Below, in pieces: positions 20,352 to 32,039 of a stretch of 64,000 nt of DNA. The position numbers and the translations under genes are program-made. The notes beneath the pieces are model-generated. The model had not been told where the DNA came from. It was given only the letters and a program-made list of their open reading frames with translations, and ran no database searches. This DNA is from an uncultured Verrucomicrobiae bacterium (lineage in GTDB: Bacteria; Verrucomicrobiota; Verrucomicrobiia; Limisphaerales; JAFGQR01), in NCBI GenBank assembly GCA_963788655.1, contig CAWBHS010000087.1, positions 1 to 64,000 of the forward strand, in the 5' to 3' direction. Within the stretch, counting starts at the first letter, position 1. Every line of letters begins with the position of its first letter.

Positions 20352-22748
20352 TCATGGGTGTCCGCTCTGGTTCAGATCCTCTTGACCGAATCGTAACGTG
20401 TGCGTGGCGGATGGCCCGGCCTCCAACCGAACATTGAACGTCATTCGCCACCGTTTCGTTTTTGAATCATAGTCCGTTTGCCAGAAATCGTTGCCGTGGA
20501 TGCTTTGGTCCACGCGGTGGCCATCAAGGGCTAATTGGTATCCGCGTGGTTTGGTGAGACCGGTGAAGGTGATGGGTAAGCAGCCGAGACCGCCTTGCCA
20601 GGAGATTTCTGCGCGTTGATGGGGATCCACGGCAACTGCGATCGGATACGAGTTCACGACCATGCCGCTTCGCGCTTCGAGCTTGAGGGCGTTGCCGGAC
20701 GCCTCACGCTGGACCAGGCGCCAGGTGTCGGCGTCGCGGGTCAGCAGTTTTTGAAAGGACTTGTTCGGTCCGTAGTAGGCCGCAGGGTCCGTGGGAAAGA
20801 CCACCAGTTCCAAATCGGCCTCGATGAAATCGCCGGGAAGCAGTTTCGTGACGTTGGGTGGCGGTGCAAGTTCAACGACGGTGCGGTGGTTTCCCCGGCC
20901 CCACTCGGTGCAGAAGAACGAAGCGTGCGGCGGCGGGGCCGGTTGGCCGCCGAACCGGGCGCGCCACGAGCGCACGATGAGTCCGCGACTGGCCGCGGCC
21001 CGACCTAGTTGCAACGCGCTGCGTTCGAGTCCGTGGATCGACACCCACGGCTGGGCGCCGGTCAGCGGTCATCCGCGACGGTCAAAGACATCTTTGGCCC
21101 GCTTCGGTTCCCATTCGTCGCGCACGCCATTCGCGTCGCCCACCGCAACGCGGCGCGAGGGTGTTTCATTGTAGAAATCTGCGCCCAGTTGGAAGAACGC
21201 CAACCGTTGCCACTGCATCCGACGATGAACGTCGTAACGCAAATGAAGGAAGGTGCGCAGGTAGTCGTCACTGCGCGGCAGCGATACTTCCATGCGCGCG
21301 GCCAGTTCGCCCCCGGATGATTCCTCGGTGTAACGCACGTCCGTGAGGCAGGGGCCGTAGGCGCGGTAATCGGTGCGGGTGGCGCGCATGGGTTGATAAC
21401 TTCCCTGCTGGTCCTGCCACATCAGGAAGTCGCCGCCACCGCAATTGTCGGCCCAGGTCCAGGGCTTGGTGGTCTTGCCCTGCGGCAGCGTCAGGAATGG
21501 TCGCACGTCGTCGATGAAACACCGCCGCTGCACGCGCCCCGGTTCGAAACAGATGCTTTCGCCAAAGCTCCCAATGGCGGCTTCGTCCCAGAACTGATTG
21601 TGTCCCCAGCCGATCAGGCAGAGCTGGGCCTGCGACGCGGCAAAGAGTCCGCCGTAACGCGCATAGACCATTTGGAACACCAGCTCGCGTTTCGATTTGG
21701 GTGGCAGTCGCACGAACGCGCAACCATGGAACCACGGCCCTTCATGCGACAACGTCCCTTTCTCCGGGCGACGGTGCCAGTTCTTGGAAATCTGTACCGG
21801 CAGGCCGGTGGGCGTGCCATCCGGCTCGCACAACATGGGCGTGAAACCGGTAATGGGGAGGTGATGTTTCTGCGTGAACATCAGCCGCGCGGTCGTTGCG
21901 TGGGCCGAGTCGTTGCGCAACGTGACATTCCAGCGGTCCAATCGGTCGAGCTGCTCCTCCGGGTAATAGGTGCCCTTGGCGTTGCTCCACGGTTGCTCTG
22001 GCAGCGCGAGCGTGTGGCAGCCCAGGGCTTCATCGAATCCGACCTTCAGGGCTGGATCGGCTTCCACAATTGCGCGCGGCGCGTCAACGTCACCAAACGT
22101 CTCCAGTTGGACAGAGGTCTGCGCGGTCGGCCTGGCGGAAGCGTGACGGTTGCCCAACTGCAACACCACCGTGCCCTCGAGTGGCGGTGCCTTCGGTTCC
22201 AGTTCTATACGCAAGCCCAGCCGATCCGGCCAGGCAGAGATTTCCAAACGGGCGGCGCACGCGAAACCTTTTCCATCGTCGTCAGCGAACTTCAATCCTT
22301 CGATGACGACGCGTTGAAAGAAATGACCGCTCTCCACGAAGCGCACCGGCTGGAAGAATTCGTCCTTGGTTTCGATGTGCCCCACGCACGTAAACCGCCG
22401 TCCGCCGACAATCACCGCGCAGTCCCAATCGGCGGTCGGCAACTCCGCCAGAGTGGCGCGACCGGGCTGCGTCGCCTTCTCGATGGCCATCGGCGATGCG
22501 AATTCACCAACCCGCGTCACCCGCACTTGCTTCGCGTCGAGCGCCAGGCCCCAGGTGCCGGACTGGAAGCACAGCGTCTCATTGGCCGGCGGGGCTTTGC
22601 TCCCCAGAAAATACGGCGGTCCGGCGGCCCACCAGAGCAGCGTGTAATCGCCGATCCGCGGCATGGTGAGTTCGGGCGAGGGAGCGCCAGGAGATTGACC
22701 TCCAACGGCACAAACTAAAGCAGCCAGGCATAAAGCGATTCGTTTCAT
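20352..22748 (-). CDS. Large secreted hypothetical protein (frameshift near 21060)
   Basis: Signal peptide MKRIALCLAALVCAVG. ORFs 21069..22748 and 20352..21044 abut with continuous protein-like sequence. Confidence 0.7.
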
Positions 22749-22754
22749 TTCATC

Positions 22755-22922
22755 TCAATCGCCATCGGCCCAGACCTGCACCCTGCCACGGGCGTTGATC
22801 CTTAAGGACCGCAGCCCCGGCGGTGGAGCGACGTTGGCCGGATCACTGAAGGCCAGGTTGCCCGCGTGGGCGATGGGCAACGCCATTGACAGGATTAGAA
22901 ACCAATAACGATTCAGTGTCAT
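22755..22922 (-). pseudogene. Short signal-peptide-bearing ORF, probable truncated gene
   Basis: MTLNRYWFLILSMALPIAHAGNLAFSD... stops after 55 aa. Confidence 0.35.
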
Positions 22923-23628
22923 GTTTGAACGGTGGCTTGAGGAATCTGGACTCGTTTACTGCATACAATGCTTTCCCTCAAGCGGACGGCAGCCCGACCC
23001 GACCGGCCCAACCGTGCTTCAACGTAAAATAACCGGTCCGTTTGCCCAGCATTTTCTACATCCAGTCGTGAAAATACCGGGCATTGTCCCGACTCGGCGG
23101 ATAACGTCCGAACGTTCCTCCGTAAACGTAAACGGTTCTTGTATTTGGCACCTTCGAAGTGGAGCGGCGCGCTGCTCGCCATGGCACGCCAGCATCGAGC
23201 GGAGTGCCCCGGAGCGGTCGATGACATCATGATTTTAGGCAAGCTCAGGAGCGGCTGGGGGCGGCGCAGGGCGGGGTGGAACGACAGGAGACGATGCAAA
23301 TGCCGGTTGCGGGGATCATCGCGACGGAGTTGAAGCGCTGGCGGTGGAACGAGGCCGAAGTGGGGGTGGCGCGCCAAAGGTCACGCCGCCGCCGGCTTCA
23401 GTGGTGGAGATGACGGTAACACCTTCACTGGACTCGGCTTGGAAGCGAGCGGCGTAAAGGTCTTCAATGATTTCCTGAATGAAACGTCCGCCGGCTTCGG
23501 CCTTTTGCAGGGCGCCCAAGAGCAACGTTTTCATGAGCAGGTGTGGGGCAGCCATCAGTTAAGGGGGAACGTCAAGGGATGGCCAACTGATGATGACGAG
23601 CCGGCAAGGTGGGGCGATTTTTGGGGGG

Positions 23629-23658
23629 TTGACACGGAGCTGAAATTTGACCTAACCT
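23629..23658 (+). promoter_or_regulatory. Sigma70-type promoter upstream of the gene cassette (Pc-like)
   Basis: TTGACA-18bp-TAACCT. Confidence 0.45.
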
Positions 23659-23698
23659 GTTTCCATGAATGGGATTAGCGATGGAGTTTTACTAGTTC

Positions 23699-23736
23699 AA
23701 TATACGAACGGGTGGTTCGTATATTAATGGTTAGCT
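23699..23736 (+). other. attI-like recombination site
   Basis: Palindrome AATATACGAAC-5nt-GTTCGTATATT, followed by core GTTAGCT (23730-23736), the exact complement of the attC inverse core AGCTAAC. Confidence 0.55.
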
Positions 23737-23746
23737 TGAAAGTCAA

Positions 23747-24043
23747 ATGAGCGTTGTTGACTGGTTTATTGCTGTGCCGTATTTCGCATTGGGCCTTCTC
23801 GTTTGGCCAGCCACGATTCTGCTTCGTGAGGGGCCAGTTCAACGAAGGCGTCGGCTGCGTATCATTTTCTTGGTTACTCTTACGGCGTTGGTGGCAGTCG
23901 GTGGCTTGCTTGGGGTAGTTGCGTTGCTCGGAGAGTTCAATCACAACTGGCTACCGGTTACGCTACTTTTTCCGCTTATCAACCTTGTGTCTTTTCTCTC
24001 GTCACTGGTCGTGATATTTAGCAAACATGAAAAATTCAGCTAA
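23747..24043 (+). CDS. Gene-cassette ORF, small 3-TM membrane protein
   Basis: 98 aa, lower GC; the TAA stop lies within the attC inverse core. Confidence 0.7.
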   Translation: MSVVDWFIAVPYFALGLLVWPATILLREGPVQRRRRLRIIFLVTLTALVAVGGLLGVVALLGEFNHNWLPVTLLFPLINLVSFLSSLVVIFSKHEKFS

Positions 24044-24163
24044 CCAGCGGATGCACACGAACCGCCGCCCCGCGCTTCAGTTCGGACTGGCCGGGTTATT
24101 CGGACGCTGGATTCGCAGCCAGCGCCCGTCTCCGGCGGCGGTCGGTGATCCTGGACGTTCAAC
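24038..24163 (+). other. attC-like site
   Basis: AGCTAAC...GGATGCAC-acga-ACCGCCGCC.....GGCGGCGGT-cg-GTGATCC...GTTCAAC: an imperfect hairpin with an extrahelical base in the L box. Confidence 0.7.
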
Positions 24164-24394
24164 CAGTCATGCGTTGGTGCGAGTGTCGGCGGTGAGGCCA
24201 CTACCATGCATTTGCGCCGGCCGCGAGGCGCCTGTCGGCTCGCCGACAACGGGTTCATGCTGAAGAGCGGCACCCCGAGGTCACCGCTTTTCGAGCCGGT
24301 CACGTGGAAACAAGAGATCGACTTGAAGGGCGCGAAGGCGGTAAAGATCAAGGACATCTCGATGACGAACCTGCTGAAAGCAGCAAACTGAATT

Positions 24395-27300
24395 ATGCGC
24401 TCGCTACATTCCCCAATACTGGACGGTCCCAGGGCAAGGCTTCCGTTGATCGCGTTGTTGGTAGCTACTTGGACCTTTCTAACGTTTCCCGCCTCGACCC
24501 CCGCCCAGGCTCAATCGTCTGTGGCGTTGCCGCCGGGCGTTACCGCAGTATGGGACGCGGCCAAGGCTGTCCGGGAAACCACCCCCACCCGCGAACGGCT
24601 TTGCATCAACGGGCTGTGGCGCTGGCAACCCGCGGCGGAGAATGCCCGCGAAGTGCCCGCCGGCGAGTGGGGTTACTACAAGGTGCCGGCCTGCTGGCCC
24701 GGTATCCAGGATTACATGCAGAGCGATTACCAGACGCTCTACCCGCATCCGCGTTGGCAGAACACCAAGCTCGCGGAAGTCCAAAGCGCCTGGTACGAAC
24801 GCGAGATCAGCATCCCCCAGCATTGGGCTGGCCGGCGGATCGTCCTGGACGTGGAGTATTTGAATTCCTACGCGGTGGGGTTTATCGATGGCCGGCAAGT
24901 GGGCCAACTGCGCTTCCCGGCGGGGCAATTTGACCTTTCGAAAGTGGTCCGTCCCGGAACCACGCATGTTCTCAGTCTGCTAGTGGTCGCGATGCCGCTG
25001 AAAGCGGTGATGGAATCGTACAGCGACACCAACACCGCCCGCCAGCGCCAGGGCCGCGTCGAACGCCGCGGCCTTTGCGGGGATGTCTGGCTGGTTAGCG
25101 AGCCGGTTGGAGCGCGACTCTCCGACGTTCGCATTGATACTTCATTCCGACGGAAGCAAATCACGTTCGAGGTTGGCTTGGCTGGATTGTCAACGGACGG
25201 CCAATACAAGCTGCGGGCGCGCATCGCCGACCAGGGCCACCCGGTGGCGGAGTTCACCGGCCAACCGCTCACGGCGAGCGACGTGCCAGACGGCCGCGCG
25301 ACATTCACCGCGTCGTGGATGCCGCCGAAGCTGTGGGACATCAACACGCCCTCGAACCAATACGACGCGGAGCTGTCGCTGCTCGATGCCGGCGGCACGG
25401 CAGTGGACACCGCGCTGCCAGTGCGCTTCGGGTTCCGCGAATTCTGGATTCAGGGCCGCGACTTCTACCTCAACGGCAGCCGCCTGTTCCTGTCGCTGGT
25501 GCCGCTGGACAACGCCCAAGTCGGAGCGGCGTTGGCAACTTACGCCGGGGCCAAGGAAAGTCTGCTGCGGCTCAAAAGTTTCGGGATCAATTTCGTCTAT
25601 ACCCACAACTACGGCTGCGAACCCGGCGCGCACTTGAGCTTCGCGGAAATCCTGCGCGCGGCGGACGACGTGGGGATGCTGGTTGCGTTATCACAGCCGC
25701 ACTTCAGCCATACGACTGGAAGTCGCCGGACGCCGACCAGAACAACGGCTACGCGAACCATGCCGCGTTTTACGTGCATGTGGCAGGGAACCATCCATCG
25801 GTGGTGGCGTATTCAATGAGCCACAACGCCACCGGTTACACCGAGGACATGAATCCGCCGATGATCGACGGCTTCACGATCCCCGCGACCAATGGGCCGC
25901 CCGCAACGCCAAGCTCGCCTTGCGCTGCGAAGCCATCGTCAAGCATCTCGACCCGGCGCGCATCGTCTATCATCACTCGTCGGGCAATCTCGGCGCGATG
26001 TACACGCTCAACTTCTATCCCAACTTCGTCCCCATTCAGGAGCTGGACGACTGGTTCGAGCACTGGTCAACCGCGGGAACGAAACCGCTGCTTCTGGTCG
26101 AATACGGCGCGCCGTTTGGCTGGGACTGGACCATGTACCGCGGTTGGTACAACGGCCAGCGTGAGTTCGGCAGCGCCGCCGTCCCGTGGGAGTATTGTCT
26201 CGCGGAATGGAACGCGCAGTTCCTCGGCGATGTGGCGTACCAGATCAGCGATCGCAGAGAAACGCAATCTGCGGTGGGAAGCGCAGCAGTTCCGCGAGGG
26301 GCATGCTTGGAAGCGCTGGGATTATCCCTATCCGGTGGGCGACGAGCGTCTGGACGAGATGCAGCCGGTGCAAGCCGCCTACACGACCGACAACTGGCGC
26401 GCCTTCCGGACCTGGGGCTTGTCCGGCAACTCGCCCTGGGAGCACGATCGCTTCTGGAAATTGCGCGACGGGTTCCAGCACCATCGCGAAGACTTGGCCG
26501 TCGATTGGGACCACCTGCAACGGCCGGGTTACAGCCCCGACTTCATTGATCGCACCTACGCCCGATTCGACCTGGCCTACGCGAGAACGGACTGGGTCGC
26601 TTCGCCAACCGCGCAATCCTTGTTCCGCAATAATATGCCGTGGCTGGCCTACCTCGCCGGGAAGTCCGAGCATTTCACTACCAAGGACCACATTTTCTAT
26701 CCCGGCGAAACGATCGAGAAGCAGCTCATCGTGATCAACAACTCCCGGCTGACGGTGACCTGCGACGCTTCCTGGTCGGCTGACTTGGGCCGGGCGGTTC
26801 AGGGCACGAAGCAAGTGGTCGTGGCAACCGGCGATCAGGCGCGCGCCCCGGTGGAACTTAAGCTGCCCGATGATCTGCCGCCGGGCGATTACCGAATCAA
26901 TGCGGCCTTCAAGTTCAGCAACGGAGTCAGTCAGGACGATACCTTCGATTTGCAAGTCATCCCGCGTCCAGCACGACCGCGTTTGGTTTCGAAGATCGCG
27001 CTCTTCGATCCGCCCGGCGAGACGACCCAATGGCTGGCCGCATTGGGCGTGACTTGCCAACCGGTGGATGCCGCTGCCGACCTTTCGGGCTTCGACGTGC
27101 TGCTGATCGGCAAACGCGCCCTCACCGTGGACCGGCCGGCGCCCGATCTCAAGCGAGTGCGTGACGGGCTGAAAGTGGTCGTGTTCGAGCAGACCGGCGA
27201 GGTGCTCGAAAAGCGGCTCGGGTTCAAGATTGAAGAATACGGCCTGCGGCAGGTTTGGCCGCGGGTGCCGGACAGCCCGTTGCTCGCCGGCCTCACCAGT

Positions 27301-29323
27301 AAAGCCCTGCACGATTGGCGCGGCGCGTCCACGCTGCTGCCGCCGACCATGCCCTATACTTTGAGCCCGCGCTACAACGGCGCCCCGACGGTGCGTTGGT
27401 GCGGACTCGAGGTCACTCGATTATGGCGTTGCGGCAACTGGGGCAACGTCGCTTCGGTGCTGATCGAAAAGCCGCCACGGGGCGACTTCCTCCCCATCCT
27501 CGACGGCGGCTACGCCCTCCAATACAGTCCGCTGCTCGAATACCGCGAAGGCCGCGGGCTGGTTCTGTTCTGCCAGATGGACGTGACCGCACGGACCGAG
27601 AGCGACCCGGCCGCCGAGACGCTGGTAAACAATATTCTCCGCTATGTCGATGCCTGGCGTCCCGACGCCGCGGCGGACAGCGGTCTATGCCGGCAAGCCC
27701 GCCGGCCTGGCTTGGTTGAACGCCTGCGGAATTCAAGCCGCACCGTTCGAAGGCGCGCCCGACAGCGGATCAAGTGTTGGTGGTGGGGCCGGGGGGCGGT
27801 CGTGAACTGGCGGCCCAAGCCCGGTCCATCGGCAGTTGGGTGAAATCGGGCGGCCACGTTCTGGCGCTGGGACTGGACCAAGCGGAGGCCAACTCGTTTC
27901 TGCCCACGAAGATGACGTTGCAACTCGCGGAACACATCGCCGCCTGGTTCCAGCCTTTCAGTGCCCAATCGCTTCTGGCCGGGGTGGCGCCGGCGGATGT
28001 GCATAATCGCGATCCGCGCAAGCTGCCGTTGGTGACGGGCGGCGCGACGGCCTACGGCGACGGCGTGCTGGCGGCGAACGGCTCCGTAGTATTCTGTCAA
28101 CTCCCGCCGTTTGCAGTGAGCAAAAACATGGGCGCGCTCGAGCTCAGTGACGGTGACCGGGGACGACGCTGTGGAAGGCAAAAAGAGCGCGTTGGTCTCG
28201 CTGGGCAGTCTGGTCTCCGCCCAGTTCGGAGAGAAGATCACTGCGGGCCAAGTGGGCAAGACTTACACCTTTGCGGCCAGCGTGAAGGCCATCGGCAGTC
28301 CGGCGGTGGTGCGGCTTGAGGTCGAGCGGGCGGGCCGTCCTTGGGATCGCGCCGCGCACGGACCGGACATTACGGTGAAGCCGGGTGATTGGACTGAGTT
28401 GCACCTTATGTTCACGGTGGATAAGGCGTATCCCGAGGGTTGGCAGGCGTACCTGAACGCTTCAGGCGATGGCGCCATGTTTCGGGTGGACCGGGTAAGG
28501 CTGTATGAAGGTTCGTATGTGCCCGGCAGCGATCCCGCCTCGGCGGCCACCAAGACGCCGGAGCGCAATCTGTTCAAGAACGCGGGCTTCGAGGCGGGCA
28601 TGGCGCCATGGTACTTCAATCACGGTCCAGAGCGGTTCAACCTGCGCCGCACCTTCCGGCGAACTTCCTTTGCCGTCAGCCGACTGTTGGCGAACCTCGG
28701 CGTGTCCGGCTCAACGCCCTTGCTGGAGCGATTCGGTGAACCGGTGGGCGCGGCCCAGGGGGCTTCGGTTTTGCAGAACGGAAATTTCAGCGCCGACACC
28801 AACGGTGATGGGTTGGCCGACGAATGGGAATTCAGCAATGTCAAAGGTGCCGCTTGCAGCCGTGAGGCGCTGCCTGGACCGGACGGCGGTTGGGCGCAAC
28901 GGATCGCCGTCCCGCCAATCGCGCCGGGCACGAAGGCGCCGGAACGTCATGATTGCCCAACACGAGATGCCGATCCAAGGCGGTCAGTGGTATCGATTGT
29001 CGCTACGCGTCCGGGCTGAGGATCTGACCACCAAGAATATCAATTGGACGGTCCAGAATACCGCCAACTGGCAATCCCTGTTCGACTACCAGAGGATTGC
29101 TCCCAGGGCGGAATGGCAGACGATCTCGCGGTTCCTCCCAGCGAAGGATACTGCGGTGAAAGGCACCAAGTTCCAGCTCTGGTTCACCGGCACGGGCAAA
29201 CTGTGGCTGGCAGACGTGCGCCTCGAACCGATCCAAGATCCGACCGTCGGCCGCTGGCTCGACGGCCTGTATCTCACCCGTCCCACCGAATGGGATGATC
29301 CCTATCGCTTCTTCGGCTGGTGA
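24395..29323 (+). CDS. Large GH2-like glycoside hydrolase with C-terminal carbohydrate-binding (CBM4/9-like) domains; about six frameshifts
   Basis: CINGLWRWQP, PKLWD, RFGFREFWIQGRDFYLNG, ADDVGML, NHPSVVAYS, VEYG, NLFKNAGFE, LQNGNFS; ends WDDPYRFFGW. Confidence 0.75.
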
Positions 29324-29354
29324 GCCGCGGCAAGTGCGGACAGGGATTCGCTAA

Positions 29355-29548
29355 GCCGTGACTATTCAGTAGGACAGGCGTCCCGCCTGTCTTGAACGAC
29401 TGCCAACCATCGATTTGCACCGCGGCATAGGAAATCTCTCCAGGTCACCAACAGGTGAGGATGTGCTTGGCGATTCGAGACAGGCGAGACGCCTGTCCTA
29501 CCGCGCTGAAGCGCGTCATCGCTGCTCCAGCTACTGAATGGAAACGGC
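29355..29548. mobile_element. MITE family A copy 1 (about 195 bp) containing a REP doublet
   Basis: TIR GCCGTGACTATTCAGTAG / CTACTGAATGGAAACGGC, flanked by TAA on both sides; internal GTAGGACAGGCGTCCCGCCTGTC / GACAGGCGAGACGCCTGTCCTAC. Confidence 0.75.
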
Positions 29549-29550
29549 TA

Positions 29551-29695
29551 ATTCTACTTCGCGTTCAAGATGAGACTTCAATCGGAGCGCGGACATTCCT
29601 GTCCGCTCGTGCGGCCCCAATCCCGCCGAGCGGACAGGAATGTCCGCGCTCCAATTCAATTCCGCATTAGTCTCAACTTGAGAGCAAAATGGAAT
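29551..29695. mobile_element. MITE family B copy 1 (145 bp)
   Basis: Inverted ends ATTC..TTCAAGATGAGAC / GTCTCAACTTGA..GGAAT around the pair GGAGCGCGGACATTCCTGTCCGC / GCGGACAGGAATGTCCGCGCTCC. Confidence 0.7.
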
Positions 29696-29761
29696 AAGCC
29701 TTGCCAGCAAACCTGGGTGAGGATTTCAAAAGCAAAAAAACTCCGCGCTGGGACATAACTG

Positions 29762-31861
29762 CTAGTCCAGCTTCTTGAGCCGCAGCAATACCGCTCCGTG
29801 GCCAGGAATGGAGACTTGATATTGGCCGGTGAAACTTCCCAAGTCCTTCCTTAGCCAGAGGTCGCGCGCTGCGTAGCGACCAGCGAGGTCAAGCTGGGAC
29901 CATGCTGCCGTGACGGCCTGTTCGAACTCGTCCCGGTTGAATAGGCCGACCGCCAGCGAACCGTCAGCAAGTTTCTTTGACCAAACGGCGAAGCCTTCCT
30001 CTTGCACGACTGGTTTACCGGCGGCGCCGAGCGCATCCTGGTTGACGGCGCACACTTCGGGATTGGTCAGCAATGCCAGGGTCCACGAGTCGTTGTCTGG
30101 CAGGTTGCCGCCGACCATCAAAGGCGACGGCAGGAGCGACCAGAGCGAGATCAATGTCACCTGCTCGTTATGCGTGAACTGGCTCCGCCGGTCGGAGCCG
30201 ACACTGCGGCCCTCAACGGACAGGTGTCCCAGCGGCAGCATGTCGGCGTCCGGCCAATGACCGGGGCCGGCGTAATCGTGCCAACGTGCCCCCAGGGCGA
30301 ACTCATGATTCAACGCGCTCCAATTGTCCCAAAAATCGCCCGACACGCGCCAGAGATTGGCGTGCCGTGCGACGTGCGCCGCCTGAGCGATCGGGGTTTC
30401 GCCGGGCGAAAGGCTGAATACGATGGACCGGCTGCACCGGTCAATCGCCCTGCGAACCGCCTCGATTTCATCCGAGTGATACGGCGAGGAGGTGTCGTCC
30501 ATCTTCACGTAATCCACGCCCCACGAGGCATAGAGGCGAAAGATCGAGTCGTAGTAAGCCTGGCCGGCGGCGGTTGCGCCGCGCACGCCGAACATGTCCG
30601 GACACCAGGGGCACACGTCGTTGGGGTTCGCGGCGTCGGCGGCATGCCAGTTGGAACCTTCAATGGGCGTGTTGGCCTTGACGGCATTGCGCGGGATGCC
30701 GCGCATAATGTGAATGCCGAACCGCAGACCCCGCGCATGAATTTGTTCGGCGAGTGCTTTGAAACCCACGCCGTTGGCCGCGGACGGAAACCGGTTGGGC
30801 GCCGGCAGCAAGCGGCCGAATGCGTCCATCGCGAGATCGGCGTTCTTGCGGGCGTTGGCATTGTTGTCGTGCGCGCCGGGATCGTACCAGCGGTAATCGA
30901 CCACGATGGTGTCCCAGCCATAGGGCTGCATTTTCTCGGCCACGTAACGGGCGTTGGCGAGCACTTCCGATTCGACCACGTTGTCGCCGAAGCAATCGTA
31001 ACTGTTCCAACCCATCGGCGGTGTCAGCGCAATCTGGTTGCCGGCTACCAGGTGGATTACTCGCGCGTCGTTCCCGGCGGCGTTCTTGGCCTGCGCCTGG
31101 ACGGCATAGTCGCCGCCCGTGACCGGAGTGCCGGTAAAAGTTCCGGTCGCAGGATTCAACGTCAGGCCGTCCGGCAAATCGTTCACCGAAAAACTGAGTG
31201 GCCGCTCGCCCGCTACCGGCACCGTCCAGAGCAACGGCGTGCCGGTCCGGACGCCGATGACAAACGGCGCGTGTATCTCCGGCTTTGCCGTCGCCGCCGA
31301 CTCGTTGATGGTCAACTGCCGCGCGATCCACTTTGTGGTCTTGGGCGCAACGCCCGTCACCTCGAACTTCGCGTCCGCCCAATCGGCGTGATCGTATTCG
31401 AAACCGTCGCCGCCGGTGGTGACCCGCAACGCGATCTGGGAAAGCCCGGCTACGTCCACGTCCACGGGCTTTGGAACTTCGCCCCGGCGCACCACGCCGC
31501 TGCGCCAGAGGATTTTCTTGTCTGGGCCGAGCACTTGAAACTCGGCGCTGCCTTTGCCGGCGGGGACTTCGTCATCAATTCCGACCATCGCGGAGAAACG
31601 GCGGGCGCCGCTCTTGAGGTCAACGACGAGCAAACCGGGCGAATGCGTTCCGAAACCGTGCGCGTAAGTCTGTCCGTGCAACGTGAGCGTATGGCCTTCC
31701 ACGGAGCGGTCGGCATGGGGTTGGCCCCAGCCCTGCGTTGCCTGGGACAGGTCCAAGGACGAGAGCCAGACGGTTTCCTCGGCGTGGCTGGGTCGGGCCA
31801 GCAGCAGGCCAAAGCCGGCGAGCACGCAGCGAATGAGTGTCTTCATCGGCGGTAAATGCAT
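29762..31861 (-). CDS. GH27 alpha-galactosidase with NPCBM and Ig-like domains
   Basis: NPCBM (WLSSL..QGWG...DHADWAD), TPPMGWNSY, WGVDYVKMDD, WPDADML. Confidence 0.9.
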   Translation of the reverse strand: MHLPPMKTLIRCVLAGFGLLLARPSHAEETVWLSSLDLSQATQGWGQPHADRSVEGHTLTLHGQTYAHGFGTHSPGLLVVDLKSGARRFSAMVGIDDEVPAGKGSAEFQVLGPDKKILWRSGVVRRGEVPKPVDVDVAGLSQIALRVTTGGDGFEYDHADWADAKFEVTGVAPKTTKWIARQLTINESAATAKPEIHAPFVIGVRTGTPLLWTVPVAGERPLSFSVNDLPDGLTLNPATGTFTGTPVTGGDYAVQAQAKNAAGNDARVIHLVAGNQIALTPPMGWNSYDCFGDNVVESEVLANARYVAEKMQPYGWDTIVVDYRWYDPGAHDNNANARKNADLAMDAFGRLLPAPNRFPSAANGVGFKALAEQIHARGLRFGIHIMRGIPRNAVKANTPIEGSNWHAADAANPNDVCPWCPDMFGVRGATAAGQAYYDSIFRLYASWGVDYVKMDDTSSPYHSDEIEAVRRAIDRCSRSIVFSLSPGETPIAQAAHVARHANLWRVSGDFWDNWSALNHEFALGARWHDYAGPGHWPDADMLPLGHLSVEGRSVGSDRRSQFTHNEQVTLISLWSLLPSPLMVGGNLPDNDSWTLALLTNPEVCAVNQDALGAAGKPVVQEEGFAVWSKKLADGSLAVGLFNRDEFEQAVTAAWSQLDLAGRYAARDLWLRKDLGSFTGQYQVSIPGHGAVLLRLKKLD

Positions 31862-32039
31862 TCGGTTACGATTACGGTTGGCGACGTTTCGGGCAAGCTC
31901 GCAAAATTGCGTTGGCGCGTGGTCGATGGTTCTGGGGACGGTCGAATGGCGTGACGTTGGTCTTGACAGGATTGGTTGTGGGGTGTGGGATAGCCATTGC
32001 TAATGAACCGAAAATAACATTGAACCCCAGGAACCCAAT

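Noticed and set aside
23695..23725. LexA box or dif site
   Set aside because: GAAC-N5-GTTC spacing matches neither GAAC-N4-GTTC nor TGTTC-N4-GAACA, and no clear XerD arm is present. An attI-like reading fits better.
24395..29323. Programmed frameshifting or mass pseudogenisation (also cas1, cas4, GH29, Rhs, giant protein)
   Set aside because: Single-base indels are scattered across unrelated genes with no consistent slippery motif. Sequencing or assembly error is more parsimonious.
30002..31855. Long antisense ORFs (also 8476-9927, 21393-22718, 39907-41232)
   Set aside because: They are high-GC shadows of clear genes on the opposite strand.
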